DNA of 64,000 nucleotides from Podarcis bocagei (taxonomy: Eukaryota): NCBI GenBank assembly GCA_964188305.1, contig OZ076888.1; one strand, 5' to 3'. Position numbers and translations under genes: made by a program. Numbering within the stretch: the first letter of the stretch is position 1; each line of letters opens with the position of its first letter. Of this stretch, positions 39,105-52,848 are shown one piece after another. The notes beneath the pieces are model-generated. The model worked only from the letters and a program-made list of their open reading frames with translations, was not told the origin of the DNA and ran no database searches.

Positions 39105-41520
39105 TGGTATCAGCACTCCAAAGGCAAACCCTCAGGAGCGTGCAAGGCAGGGTCCTTAAAGGGTCTGACCGTGTGGCTGGGAAGAGTCCTGATGAGCCAG
39201 AAAGAGGGTCCTAGCAGCTGAATCCCACTCCCAAGCCTAAGGTTCTTCACCCTTGTCCAAGCTGCTTTTTTGCCTCCTTCGGGTGAGATAAAAAGCAGAC
39301 AACCCACCATACACGGAACATGTCTTTAATAAGCAAGCAAGCACAAAGTATAATGTGTAGTGCTTAAATATTCTCAACAGTACTAAAAATATAAAAATAA
39401 AGTTTACCAAAAGCCGTTTCACTCACAAATATACAAGGAGTGCTGTCAAGCCACAAAATTTTTGACGCCATTTGCCAACACCTGCACTGATAGACAACTG
39501 CCTCCCTCTACCCTAAGGAAATGATAATTGATGCTTGTCCATCTTTAGAGATTTCAACGAGCCATCATAAAGGAGGGCTGCCAGGGACAACCTGAAGAAC
39601 AGCCCCCTCTCTTAACAACCCCAAAGCTGGCTTTCTGTGCTCTCTCAGCCCCATCATTCGCCAGAATTGCCAGGTTTGTAACCAGGGTGTTCATATGGAT
39701 GAAGTGAGACCACCTGTTTCTTCCGTGTGCCCACTCCCTGTATTCCTGTAATAAATAGAAATATCACACAGTCCCAGAGTGGGTGTGCAATTGCAGAAAG
39801 GGCAGCAGGTTATGCACCTACCAAATTCTCCGCTTCATCTGTAAATTTACTACAGTGTGGATCTCCAGGCTGCAATCTTATCTACCAACCCTTTCTCCTC
39901 CCATTTCTTGGAGCAAGTATGACTTCTGCACTGCTCCACAGAGAGGGATCATCCACACAGAGGAAAATGTGGATTTGCACTGGACTGTCTCCCCATTAAG
40001 GTAGGGGCATCCACATGATACCCCCCCCATCCCAATGCTGGCCTGGACTCCCCACCACCTAAGTGTGTGTGTGTTTAAAAAAACATTGGCAAGGCTAAAA
40101 CAAACAGGACTGAAAGGGAATGCATGTGAAAGGGAAAGGCCCAGGCAAACACTAGGATGGGGCCCACATTCTGTTCTGGTGTGGACAAGCCCTTTGTGGG
40201 AGAAGAGGGTGGGCAACAGAATTGGAACTGGGATGGTGTAGAAGGAACTTTGGGTTGTATCACGGTCCATGACCACTAGGTTGTTAAAGAGGCAAGATGG
40301 TTCTCTGGATTGTGGTCTAGCAGCCCTTTATTAAATCAGAAAAATGAAAGATAATTGATTCTTATATTAACAAGCAAACCGCAGGCTATATGCATAATCT
40401 TTCTGAATAGGTATACATAAATTTATAGATAGTAAGCACACATCTTGGCTTTCATTCTGATCTTGTGTGTGGTTGCTCTTTTCAGTTTTCAACTGCACGC
40501 TCTTAGTTTGTTTTTCATGTCCATCAGAGACGATGCCCTTTGATGTTTACTAGAAACTGCTATACTGTGCTTATATATTAGAATATGCCTGCTATTTAAT
40601 ACACACGCAGTCTTTATTCGCATGGGCACTATGAAGAGACACCGCACCCGCTAAACATTGCTTCACCATGACACATTGCTGATGGGAGCTGTATTGGCTA
40701 CACTGGAAGATGGTTTCAGAAGGCCAGAATTGTAGCTCAGGGATGCCAAATTTTCAAATGTTCACTGTATCTGCATAAATTAACTTCTCAAAAGGATTCA
40801 CTGGCAGATCAAGAACAGATTTTCCCATTCTTTCTGGTCAGCTGGCAGACCTAGTCATAACTGATGAATGAGTGTTTGACATTTTATTTTATTTATTTAT
40901 TGAATTTATATACCGCCCTATACCCGGAGGTCTCAGGGCGCTTCACAGAATTTCCAATCTTAATTAGATTCTCAACTTACGGGGTGGGCCTGAATGCAAG
41001 GTGGGAGTGGAGTACATAAGTACCAGTGAGCCCTACTGTTAAAATCTTGTTTCCATTTCCGTTCAGGCTCATCTGTACCAGAAGTTGTTCTGGTTTCACT
41101 CAGATTCATGCCAATCAGGGTTAGGGGCAGCACAACTTCAGAGCCTGCTCAGCTCTGGTTCATGTAGGAAAATGGAAGTGTGATTGTTTGAAGTATTATG
41201 GGCCTCCCTTTACAGGGGTTTTTATGGGTTACAATAAGTTATTTATGCTACAGTGGAGCAAGGCTAGTTAATTGGTCTAATGAGATATAATTTGGGCCTA
41301 GTTCCCACTGTGGTGGTAAATCTGTTTCTGGATTGTTGCACTTCAGACTGCAGGTGGGGGCTCATGTGAGATAACGCTTCTCCTTATATTAACCAAAACA
41401 ACCCAGAGAGAAAAGTTTGTATCTTGGAGAAGGGATCTAGTATACCCTTCTTCCTGACAGGCAGCACATGATGCATGCATACGCTTCATGGATGGATGGA
41501 TGGATGAGCACTCAGTCAGG

Positions 41521-41805
41521 ACTGCTGCTGCTGTACTGTGAGTTGGGAAGGCCGCTCCCTCCTCAGGCTGATCCCACCAGGCCCAGGGGGCGGGGCCAGA
41601 CTGACTCACCACTGCCACAGCTTAAGAGGCCGCACGAGGCACCGGAACACCACTGCTGCTGCTGTACTGTGAGTTGGGAAGGCCGCTCCCTCCTCAGGCT
41701 GATCCCACCAGGCCCAGGGGGCGGGGCCAGACTGACTCACCACTGCCACAGCTTAAGAGGCCGCACGAGGCACCGGAACACCACTGCTGCTGCTGTACTG
41801 TGAGT
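41521..41805 (+). repeat. Tandem repeat, 131-bp unit x ~2.2, fused to the 5' end of the L2
   Basis: Units start at 41521, 41652 and 41783; the copies appear identical. Confidence 0.9.
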
Positions 41806-43632
41806 AAAGGAACTGGAGGCCCCTCGACTGTCCTCGGGTCCAGTATTGGACCACTTTGACCGGATATCTCCAGCCGATGTGGACAGATTCCTCCAAGCTG
41901 GAAAGCCCACCACCTGTCCTCTTGACCCGTGCCCGTCATGGCTGATTAGAGCGTGTCCAGACGAGGTGCGGGCCCCCCTGGGGGATATCATCAATTTGTC
42001 CCTTGGCACCGGGATATTCCCAGGGGACCTGAAGGAGGCGGTGGTGCGTCCGCTCTTAAAGAAAACATCGTTAGATCCCTTAGATCTATCCAATTACCGC
42101 CCGGTCTCGAATCTTCCATTCCTGGGTAAGGTGATTGAGAGAGCGGTTGCTGAACAGCTTGGTAGGTTTCTGGATGAAACATCTGCTTTGGATCCATTCC
42201 AGTCCGGCTTCCGTGCTGGTCATGGGACCGAGACGGCTCTGGTCGCCCTAACAGATGATCTCCGCAGGCAGCTGGATCGAGGCGGGTCGGGGCTGCTGAT
42301 TCTTCTAGATCTGTCAGCAGCCTTTGACATGGTCGATCACGAACTCCTGGACCACCGCCTTGCCGACGTGGGGATCCAGGGCACAGTCCTTCAATGGCTG
42401 CGCTCGTTTCTCTCTGATCGGGGACAGAGGGTGGCGCTTGGGGGGGAATTGTCATCGCGTCACTCCTTGGTGTGTGGAGTGCCTCAGGGTGCGATTCTCT
42501 CCCCGATGCTTTTTAACATCTTTATGCGCCCCCTTGCCCAGCTTGTCCGGAGTTTTGGGCTGGGTTGCCATCAGTATGCTGATGACACCCAACTCTATCT
42601 CTTGATGGATGGCCATCCTAACTCGGCCCCAGACACACTGACCAGATGTCTGGAAGCTGTGGCTGGATGGTTACGTGGGAGCCGGTTGAAGTTAAATCCT
42701 TCGAAGACAGAGGTCCTCTGGCTGGGGCGGGACGATATGGGATCGAGGGGGCAACTCCCATCTCTTGCGGGGGTGCAATTAGTGCCAGCACCGTCTGTTA
42801 AGAGTTTGGGTGTAATCTTCGATACCTCCCTCTCTATGGAGGCGCAGATTACAGCTATAACAAAGGCGGCATTTTTCCATCTCCGCCAAGCTAAGCAGTT
42901 GGCCCCTTATCTCTCTCGCCCTGACCTAGCCACTGTGATCCATGCGACGGTCACCTCCAGACTGGATTATTGTAACTCGCTCTACGTGGGGCTGCCCTTG
43001 AGACTGACCCAGAAACTCCAGCGGGTGCAGAATGCCGCAGCGAGACTCCTTACGGGGTCTTCGCTGCGGGATCACATTCATCCGGTGCTATACCAGCTGC
43101 ACTGGCTCCCGGTGGAGTACAGGATCAGGTTTAAGGTGCTGGTTTTAACCTTTAAAGCCCTATACGGCCTAGGACCCTCGTACCTACGGGACCGCCTCTC
43201 CTGGTATGCCCCACAGAGAAACCTACGGTCTACAAATAATAACACCCTCAAGGTCCCAGGCCTCAGAGAGGTTAGGCTGGCCTCAACTAGAGCCAGGGCC
43301 TTCTCGGCTGCAGCTCCAACCTGGTGGAATGCTCTGACACAAGAGACCAGGGCCCTGCGGGACTTGACATCTTTCCGCAGGGCCTGCAAGACAGAGTTGT
43401 TCCGCCAGGCCTTTAGTCAGGGCGCAGCCTGACCCCCTCCTCTGGCAACCTGCACAGAATTTTGTTTAATCGGTTGCCACCAATGTGATTTTAACTAATT
43501 TTTATAATGAAATTTTTTTAGAATGTGTCATTATTTGATTGTTTATTTGATTGTTGTTAGCCGCCCTGAGCCCGGCTCAGCTGGGGAGGGCGGGATATAA
43601 ATAAAATTTATTATTATTATTATTATTATTAT
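41804..43632 (+). mobile_element. Young L2-clade LINE lacking its endonuclease region, with an uninterrupted RT frame
   Basis: Open frame 41804-43432 with RT motifs (LDLSAAFD, GVPQG.ILSP, YADDTQLY) and the L2-typical C-terminus LDYCNSL/HWLPV; 3' stem-loop and (TTA)n tail. Confidence 0.95.
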
Positions 43633-46174
43633 CACCTAGGTACAGGTCTACTACCTCAGCTACGTTAATCTAAGTATTTGTTCAGATTCTGTTCTGGTTC
43701 AGCTTCAATAGAGACTTTCAAATCACAGTCCAGGCTCTGTTCACTGCAGGAATTTTTCTTCTTCTTTTTCTAACATTCAGATTTGTTACGATTCCCGGCC
43801 AGACTATGCAGGCAAGTGGATAACCTTCTTCAGTACCATCCCTACTCAGCCTTGTTTCCCCTTCCAAGCTGCACTTGGTGGGTGGATGTCTGAGGGGAGC
43901 TGGAATCTGGCAAGAAGGTGTGGGGAAGGGGAAATGATTTAGCTCACCCCCACCCAAAACTTCCAATATCCTACCTCAGTACAGATATCCTTCCATGAAA
44001 CAGCTGCAAACCCAGCTGCAATTATTCCTCTCAGCTCAACCATCAAGCAGATAACTGGCATCTGGGGATCTGAATTTGAGGCACAAGGTGTAAAAGTGTG
44101 GGAAACACTGTCCTTATTGTGAGACAATTTGTCATATGGAACCCCCAATACCACTGTTTTCTGCAAGCAACTGGAAAATATATTGTCCTCAAAATTTGTA
44201 ATAGCCCATAATGGAAAAGTGCTCATTGCCTCATACACAACAGCCCTGTAGAGCCTTTCTGATCACAAATTGAGAAGTTGCTACTAAATGGTTGCTTGGA
44301 CTTTTCCAATTGCCAGAACCTCTGTTGGAGGGAAACCCTCTTTTCCCAACACTCAAAAGAGCAAGAGCGGAAAGGGGTAGAAAGCTGATGAGAGACAAAA
44401 AAGGAAGAGTCTGCACTTAACCATCACACGTTGTCCTCCTTATCTTAGTTATGAAAGTAACGCTGAGTGCTTGACACACACACACTAAGGTAACATTTAG
44501 CACATCATTTCAGCCTGTAACCCATTTTCCTTTGAAACGAACTTGTCTCTGGTTCACTGAAATTATTTGAGGTTTCCACTGAAAAGCTTCCATAAAGTAT
44601 TTTAAATACACAATGACTCTGAAAAGGTATACATCCCTAAACTGTGTATATACTACATACTTTACATGTACAGAACGTGTTCCATAGCAGTCAGGTATTC
44701 CTGGGATTTATCTCTCTTTTTTTAGAATGCTTTCATTTACAGAGGAAGGACGTTTTCTCTTATTTGTGTTGACTCTGTTTAGGAACAATGCACCGGGAAG
44801 TTATTCTGAAGGAGCCCTAGTGACATGAATGAGCATGGCAACTGTGCAGCCATCTTCCTTCTGAGGAAACGTGTTGGGGGCTTTTTAGCAGGACTGACCT
44901 ATGGCATTTTGCTGCCTGAGGTGAAGGGCAAGATGGTGCCCCTGCCACATACAGAAGCCAATTCAGACAGGCAGTTGAATCTTAATCCAGTCGTGGTGAC
45001 GGGGCAGGGTCCTCCATGCTCACACCTAAACCAGCAAGCTAGTTCAGGGGTCAAGACATGCTCTGCTGGGGGACTTAAGAGCTACTGCCTGCCCCTCCAG
45101 CACCTACCACCTAAGGTAGTCAATTCACTTTGCCTAATAGTAGGGCTGGTTCCTCTTCTTAATTTAGGGAAAAATACAAGTAAGGCACCATGCTCATGAA
45201 TGTGCCCCCTTTGACTCGGATAACCTCCCTCTCAATTCCTTTTCCTTGCCTCCTGGATTATAAACCTAAGGGGCAGATACTTTGTTGTTCTTAAATCCAT
45301 CATTTCACAAATCAGTTGTGCAAAGAAGTGCATAGAGCTTTCCAGAATGGGCTGAACTGAGCTCCATGATCCTTTTCTGAATGCTGATTCCCTCAGGTAA
45401 TATCAGTGCAATGCCTCACTGCTGATCTTTTTAAGCAGCTCTGGGAGTCTTTTGTTGAATTTGGGGGCAAAAGTGCTTTAAGGAAACAAACTTACTTCTG
45501 AATAAGCACCCCCCCCCAAGTGCAGTCCTATCCCCATCTTACCTGGGAGTAAGAGTCCTATTGAACAAATTGGGCCCTACTTCCAAGTAAAGCACATGTG
45601 GCCAGTTCCAGGTAGGGGCTTGGCAAAGGTTTTTGTCTTGCTTTAATGTCTCTATTGCCTGTTTGGTTGTAAGCTGCTTTGGGTTGCCCTGGGCAAGATA
45701 AAGTAATGAGCAAGTAAAAATAATTTTACAGCTGTGAATGGTGCAGAGACAAAAAAGAAGCTCATTTCCCCCCCCCCTCTTGTCCAAAGAGAAAGAAGGG
45801 CAAGAGGTTCAGAAGAAGCAATGGGGGTGGGTGTTATTTCTTCATACAATGCACCATTAACTTATGGAATGAAGGGCAGTGAGCAGGTGATGCCCACAAA
45901 CCAATGGAGAATGCTTGTTGTGCCTTTATGCGTGTGTGAGCCAGGGGTGTTCAGCCCAGGGCCACACCTGAAAAGCAAACACTGAACAAGGTGTTTGCTG
46001 CCACAATCTTGCAGGGCTCTTCTTACCTTCACTTCCCAATGCACGGTGCCTGTTTTTTTAAAGTATTGATATGTGCAGCAGGTATAGTGTTGTGTCCAGC
46101 AAGTAATAAATGAATGCAGAAAGCACTTCTAGCTGGGATCCCGATATCAGAGTCATGCACTTTTGCTTTATGCT

Positions 46175-46287
46175 TTATAAATAAAAGTCAAATGTGAGGT
46201 CACACTTTCCCATTTTCTGTTTGTAAACCAAATCAAACTTCTCATTCATGGAGACAGTGAAGATGTCTTTCCACAGCCCAACACGTC
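46175..46287 (-). CDS. SULT4A1: SULT4A1 last coding exon 7 (113 bp including TAA)
   Basis: (G)RVGLWKDIFTVSMNEKFDLVYKQKMGKCDLTFDFYL*, matching the recalled human C-terminus; acceptor tttccag. Confidence 0.97.
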
Positions 46288-46702
46288 CTGGAAAAGAGAG
46301 AGAAATTGAGAACCAGAAATTAAGCCGATAATCATTGACAGGATGTGGCAGGACCTGTTAACAAAAACAGCAAGTGTCGTCCTCCAAAAGGGCTAGAGAA
46401 TCCCCCCCCCCCCGCCCCGCTTGCTGGTCACTCTCTCTGACCCTGTAATTCCTGATAGTGTACATCAGGGAGGGTGGGGAGCATCAGGCACGGGGGCCAA
46501 ATGCACTCCTCCAGGCCTCTCTATCTGGCCCTTGGGTCTCTCACCAAGCCACTCCCCCATAACCAGGCCTGCTTCCCACCCCCTGGAGAGCTTTTGCTTG
46601 TCTGGAACATGTCCTTGAACTCAAACGCCTCTTGTTTGCCTGGATAGGAGAGAATGGATGGGGCTGACTGTACAATTGCCTCGCCCACTTTGGCCTCTGG
46701 AC

Positions 46703-46889
46703 CACTGGCGAAGGAAGGGGGTGCAGTCCACCCTGGGTGTCATCCCTGAGGAGGGGTGACATCACCACTGCCCCCAGGATGCTTGCCGTGGGCAGCACCC
46801 CCCTGGGATGCTCGCAGCTCGCCATGGGCGATGCTCCCGTAGGTGGCTAATCCCGCCCCTGGATGCCGTAGCAGCTAGCTCCACCTCTG
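46703..46889. mobile_element. hAT MITE in SULT4A1 intron 6
   Basis: 8-bp TSD CTCTGGAC; imperfect CA(C/G)TGG/AGG-type termini. Confidence 0.7.
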
Positions 46890-48590
46890 CTCTGGACCCA
46901 GCCCACCAGTGACAGACGCCCCCTAGAGGTCCCCCCCACCCCTACTTTAGAGAGGCACAATCTCCCCCTTTGGATGTGACTGGCAACACTCATGCCCACA
47001 AAAATGTTGCCCGCCACGGTGATAATTTAAATAACAAGTATTATATTTTGCGGATAACCATTTTCCAAGGATGTGTATGGATAGCTGGTCGAAGAGTCAC
47101 CCACCTGGGTTCATGAAACTGTGATTTGTGATGGGATATGGAGCAAATGTAAGGAACGTAAGCTAACTCATGGCCTGCTCTCACAGCAACGGGGGGTTAT
47201 CTTCTGAGTAAAGGTCAAGGAGCTAAAAGTGGAGGGAAAATGAAAGAAACCCAACATAAAGCAAAATAATGAAAATGTAGCTGGTGGTAAATTAAACAAA
47301 GCAATAAACTAATTTTAGGCTGATCACAGAATTTTAAATTGCACAAACAAATGAAAAAAGGCAGGCAGAAAACACATATTGATATTTAGGCTGGATTTTG
47401 AAATACGGAAAATTATCACAAATGCAAAGCAGCAAAACAAATAAATTTTTTAAAAAGAAGACATGTATGGATAAAAGGCAGGCAGTGAATAAGTTTGAGC
47501 ATATATTCTGAGAGAAAATGTCTAGGCCAAATGAAGTTCATTCTGGAGGTGGGCTGTTTAAGGGTAGGACAGAGTGCCGGTCCAAAGGCAGTAAGGTGAA
47601 ACCAAGAGAACAACTGTGGCCAGACAGAATTAACAAAAAGGTGACAATTTGGTTGTTCTTCTTTTGGGTACCTTGGGCTGAAGATAAACAAAAGAAGTCA
47701 GGAGAGACAGAGCCACTGTGTCCTCTGTTCTGCAAACACATTCATTACACTTCCAATAAGCTGGTATTTGTGATTGTGGAACAAACCCAATAAATATGTG
47801 CTCCACAGTGGCAACATCTCTGGGCCATACTAGAAGTGACAGTGGCAGTTCAGTTTGTCTAAACATGAAATATGGAGGGGGCAATGGGGGGGGAGAGAGA
47901 AGAGGTGTGGAAGATCAAATTTTAAAAGTGACAGGTGTTCATCGGTGAGGGGAGCTGAGCTGTTGTTAGGAGGGAAGTTCCATTTCCCTTAATCATTTGC
48001 AAACCCCCCTCTTTCTAGATCATCAGAACAGCTCACATCTAGGAGGGTCTTCTTCTTATGCCACGTTCCACACTCTGAAGAGGTGATGGGCTGTCTCCAG
48101 CCCAAGAGGCTCAGTGCCATTTGTCTCCACTGTCCTACTCTGTCGGTTTCCTTCTATTCCCCCAACAGCCCACTGGGAAAGCCAGCGCATTTTGAGCCAA
48201 TCCATACATCAGGAAGCATGTGGTACAGCTCTTCCATTGACAATTTCCCTTTCCCAAACCCAATGGTAAAAAAGGACCAACAGAAAACTAGTATGCCGTG
48301 GAATCATCCCGAAGCACTATCTTTCCATGCTTAGGGAGGTGGTTTTTAAAAAAGGGGTGAAAAAATCCCAGGGAGCATTTTAATATCTACAAACATAAAC
48401 TATTGCTTTCCAGTCCCAAAAAGGTTCTACTACATGCTTCTGAATCTATAGGCAAGCTCCTTGGCATCATAGTAAGTATCTGACGACAGAGAAGGTGCAG
48501 CACTTCTATTTCAACCTCTGTATCTGCAAGTGCCGCAATTGTTGAGGCCCACAGCACCTGCCTTCCACTTTTACAAATATTTGCACATAC

Positions 48591-48729
48591 CTCTGCCCAC
48601 AGGAAGGGCTTCTGCATTGCAGCACTGGTCAATGAGCTGGTGACAATGTTCCACCATGGACTCCAGCTGTGCTTTGTCGTAAGAGACGCCCAGGAACCTC
48701 GCCAGCTGTTCGACCATAGTTGCCAGATC
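48591..48729 (-). CDS. SULT4A1: SULT4A1 coding exon 6 (139 bp)
   Basis: DLATMVEQLARFLGVSYDKAQLESMVEHCHQLIDQCCNAEALPVGR(G); cacag/GTATGT boundaries. Confidence 0.97.
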
Positions 48730-49401
48730 CTGTGACGAAAGATTATGTGCACGTGCCAATAAAGAGAAAAGCCAAAAAGAGAGGAAGGTTAGCAATAACA
48801 AATGAGCCCTGCAAGCAGCCATAGACGTATGTGTTAGCAGAGTCGAGAGCAGCATCCTAAAATCAGTGGTATAGACTCATTTTTCAGGTCCTAACTAAAG
48901 CAGCTGAATAGCTAAAATCAGATTTAAAGATTCCTTGCAAATGGCTTGTAATAGCGTTGTGAATATCAGTTCCCTACTGTAGGCGAATGACAATAGCCTA
49001 ACTAAGATATAAATGCTCTAATCCAGACAGGCATTCCCTAGGGGGGAACAGTGGCATGAATTGGTAGGCACTGCCTGTGTAGATTCTGACACTAACCAAG
49101 CCCCATTCATATGCCCCTGCTCCGTGCACAGCCATCCCAACAACAGCAGCCCAGGCCATTTATTTTGCGGGGGGGGGGGAGAGAAGCAGAGGGCTCAGTT
49201 TAGGGCCACACCCTATCACAAACCAGTAGTAGATGGCTAGAAATCTGAGCGGGCTCCTGTTCACTTAGCTCCATCTCACAGATTGGACAAACATCCCTCT
49301 GCTCTGAGGGGGCAAAGTTGGAAAAAAGACAAATAGTGTGTCTAAAAGGTGCTCTCTTTCAAAGGCAAAAGGGATGAAGGCTCCCCCAACACCCACGGTC
49401 C

Positions 49402-49942
49402 TGAGCACACCTTGCACAAGGAAGACAATTGACTGGCAGTTTAATTCTTTATTGACAAAGCACAAACTTACAGTTTGTAATTAGGAAGCTGAGCCCCACT
49501 CCCCACTTAAGATTTGTGCTCTGAGCTAGACTGATGGAGCAACAGCGCGGCCACATAAACACCAAAACTTAAGTACTCTCGTCTGAGACACTAAGAGCAA
49601 GCAACCTGTGACTTCTTGTACACAGAAGCTGTTGCTATGCTTGGCTCTTCAAGCCCTTCCTGGTTCTAGGGGACATCAGGGGAGAAGACAGAGTGGGGAA
49701 CGGGATTCGGCCACCACCACCCGGCCCTTCAGGCAGTGTCTCTCCCTGCACTCCTGGTGAGTTCTGTCCTGGCTCCTGCCCTGGCTCCTGCCCTGTGTCC
49801 CAACACTCCGTGTCCGACACTCCTTCCCACCCTCCAGCTGCTCAGACCTCTCCCCAGCTCTGACTGCTACCTTTCTGGAGGCACAAAACCCTATGAATCA
49901 CTACTCCCTTCCCCTAGATCAGCCTCTGGCCCTGCCCTGACA
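49402..49942 (-). mobile_element. Probable solo LTR
   Basis: Minus strand TGTCAGGG...CA, with AATAAA ~45 nt from the 3' end and a 4-bp TSD GTCC. Confidence 0.55.
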
Positions 49943-50329
49943 GTCCTTAACACACACACACACACCAGAATGGAGGAAACTGTCTACCAGCCCCAGAGCC
50001 CTGAAATGGCTTACTAATTTTCATTGTGATCCTGGCAAGGCTTCGGATTTGCCAAATTTGCCCCTCCATTCCATTTGGATTGCTTTGTTGTTTGCTTTCT
50101 TTTATTCATTTGACTAATATGCTTCTCCTGCAATTTAATACCCCATCTCATTTCAGAAACTGATTCTTATAAAATATAAGTATCACTGCAAGTCACAAAA
50201 TTCCATTCAATGGTAACTGGTATCAGTCAGGAGGGGATCTCCAGTTCTGATCAGAGATACCCTGGGGTGGGATGGGGGGAGTCCATAGGTAACAAGGGAG
50301 AGGGGGGAGCCTTTATACAATATGTTTAC

Positions 50330-50424
50330 CTTGTGCATATCTTCATACTTGAGAAAGAGAACATTGGAGTCCATGTGATGTTGCCAAAACTCCTGCACAT
50401 GTTCAAACCATGAACCGTATCCTA
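50330..50424 (-). CDS. SULT4A1: SULT4A1 coding exon 5 (95 bp)
   Basis: (L)GYGSWFEHVQEFWQHHMDSNVLFLKYEDMHK; ctacag/GTAAAC boundaries; phase consistent with exon 4. Confidence 0.97.
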
Positions 50425-51048
50425 CTGTAGAGACAGAAAATAGAATGGCTAATACGCAAGGACATCACTTTTAGTTAAATTTCTCTGAAACATAAAAGCT
50501 GGAAAGAAGTGCATGAACTGAATTTTGTTGCCTTGTTCTCTAACAAAAACTATTAGAGGAGTATGTACGGTCTTTACAATATAAGTATATTCAGATTTAT
50601 CCTTGTTTTGAATCATAAAAACCTCTCCAGATTCTGTGTGCAGGCAATGTGAAAATCAAACATAAGAGAGAGGATGGAAAACCAACAAGACATGTGAATC
50701 TGGTTAAGTTGCACTCACCATTTGCATGTTTAAGTCTGAATACATATTTGCTTCTGGTGTAGAACTTGACCCAGTTATGCATGATGGTTCCTACTAAAAG
50801 CTGAAACCCTGTACGGTTTAGGAATACGTGACCAATGGCCAGCTTGAATGGTGGTGTGACAACTCAAGTGGCACAAGGAGTGGTGGGCAGTGGCACCTGA
50901 CTAGGCCTAATTAATAGCGTCCGGTCTGTATTCCTGCCTGCGTCTCCCATACTGAACAGCTGCTTGTTTCCTGGGTCAGCTCAGAAATGAAGCCACATCA
51001 ACGCACAGGTAGTTGCACATGTACTATAAGCAAACTAGAGGTGAACTA

Positions 51049-51647
51049 TGTGGGATGTAATCCACTGGAAGCAGTCAAATACAACATTCCTTGTTTTGCT
51101 AGAGTGGACATGCAAGGGAATGTTTGGTCCAGTCAGTCGAAACTTCCTGTTCTTCCTGGCCTGGAGCATCCTTCCTTGCATGTGACTAGTAGGTGGGCGT
51201 GACCTTCTCAGACCAGGCAAAAGGCCAAGTCACGCAGCCACTTCCCTCTCTTTGACCTTCCTGTTTGTCCTGTCTGCTTCCTGAATCACCTGGACTGGAC
51301 TGCTGGCCGCCACAGCAGTCTCCTGGTTTTCTCCCATTTGGGGTAAACCTGTTTGTACATGTTTGTAACTTTAAGCTTAAAGCCTGCCTTCAGGGATCAC
51401 ACTGTGCTCTGCCTGATCGTGAGTAAAACTATTTTTTGTTACTTATGGATAAGACTGTGGTGCCTTTATTCTTTTAAGAGGGATTCAAATTGCTTATTGT
51501 CTTAAGGAACTCACACGAGTTTGCAACCAGCTTTCTGCTGCGTAAGAAGGGGAATGCACACTGCTAAGTGAAGAAACTTGCTAGCGGAAGTTAGGAAGGT
51601 TATTGATAAACAATATATCCTCTCCTGCCACCCTCAACATTCCCACA
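51049..51647 (+). mobile_element. Solo LTR (599 bp)
   Basis: TGTGGGATGT...ACATTCCCACA inverted termini; 5-bp TSD AACTA. Confidence 0.8.
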
Positions 51648-52529
51648 AACTATCTACTGTAATATACTTTGGGCACTTGCTAAAGAAGTTGGCTGCCCAT
51701 GGGGTAAGGCCTCCAGAACTTTAGATGGGATCTCCTGAATGATAAAATAATCACCTACCCCTGCCATCACCATGCTGCCATGTTTTAGCTATGTGGTTAG
51801 TGAATGTAACTGGCAGCCCCATCTCTGATATGGAGCTAAATAAATCTTTTGGTAGCACTTGTCTCTGTCTTATTCCTCCTTCCAATGCAACTTTAGTGTC
51901 ATCATAAAGGGTGCTTCATTTTGTCTATATTCACTCATTGTAATTCCATGGGTGCTCAGATGTGCACACCAATTCATTCAGATAGAGGCATCACAAAGGG
52001 ATTAATTTCAGGAAAGGGACCCAGACTTTGCATACATTCCTCTGGGAAAGGAAATTTTGGGAGCACCAAAAAGCAATCTCTGAATATATTCCAATATATT
52101 TAGCGACTTCTGGTGACTTCAGAGAGAATCTTCTGTAACTTACAGCTGCATTTCATGTGAGATTCATCTTTAGCAAGTGCCTACATCGGCCTTCTCCAAG
52201 TTGGTGCCCTCCTGATGTTGTTGTACTACAACTCCCATCCTCCCAGACCATTAGCCATGCTGGCTGGAGCTGAAGGGAGCAGCAGCCCAACAAGGCCTTG
52301 CAGTTCACAGGTTCCTCATTGCTGATGCAGAGCATCCATCTCAATATCCAAGGTGTGTGGTGGAGGTCCCTCAATCAGGTGAAGGCAAATGCCAACATGA
52401 ACGGTTTGAACCAGAACTTTAGAGGCATTACAAGCAAGACGGTTTCACACTTTGTTCCTAAGAAGTGGTGCAGAACAGAATTTGAAACATTAAAAGGAAC
52501 TGCCAATAGCCAGTGTCAAACTTTCTTAC

Positions 52530-52656
52530 ACTTTTCATTCATGAATCTCCGACAGAACTCTTGAAATGTTCCTCTGTAGCTCATGGTTCGTAGGGAGCGG
52601 TGAAACTGGTAATAAGACACTACCAGGTCTTTGGGGTTGCGAGCCATGTAGATTAC
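52530..52656 (-). CDS. SULT4A1: SULT4A1 coding exon 4 (127 bp)
   Basis: VIYMARNPKDLVVSYYQFHRSLRTMSYRGTFQEFCRRFMNEK, containing the sulfotransferase 3'-phosphate-binding RNPKD..S motif; AG/GTAAG boundaries. Not in the ORF track. Confidence 0.97.
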
Positions 52657-52767
52657 CTAAGAACATGGAAATTATTCATCTTAATCAGTGGATATTTCTC
52701 TCACCCTACCCTGCTCCATTTCACAAAACACACCGGGAAGAAATAATACAAAGCTAACCATTCTTAC

Positions 52768-52848
52768 CTTGGACTCACCACTGTGTAGGTCTGAAGGCAA
52801 AAAACGATACGGCAGGTGGCTTTTGATGAGGCGGGGAGATGTAAGCTC
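52768..52848 (-). CDS. SULT4A1: SULT4A1 coding exon 3 (81 bp)
   Basis: ELTSPRLIKSHLPYRFLPSDLHSGESK; acceptor ttttacag, donor GTAAGA; phase 0/0. Confidence 0.97.

Noticed and set aside
41846-43432. 528-aa ORF as a host gene or autonomous element
   Set aside because: It is L2 reverse transcriptase with a non-ATG start, an in-frame TGA at 41801 and no endonuclease domain.
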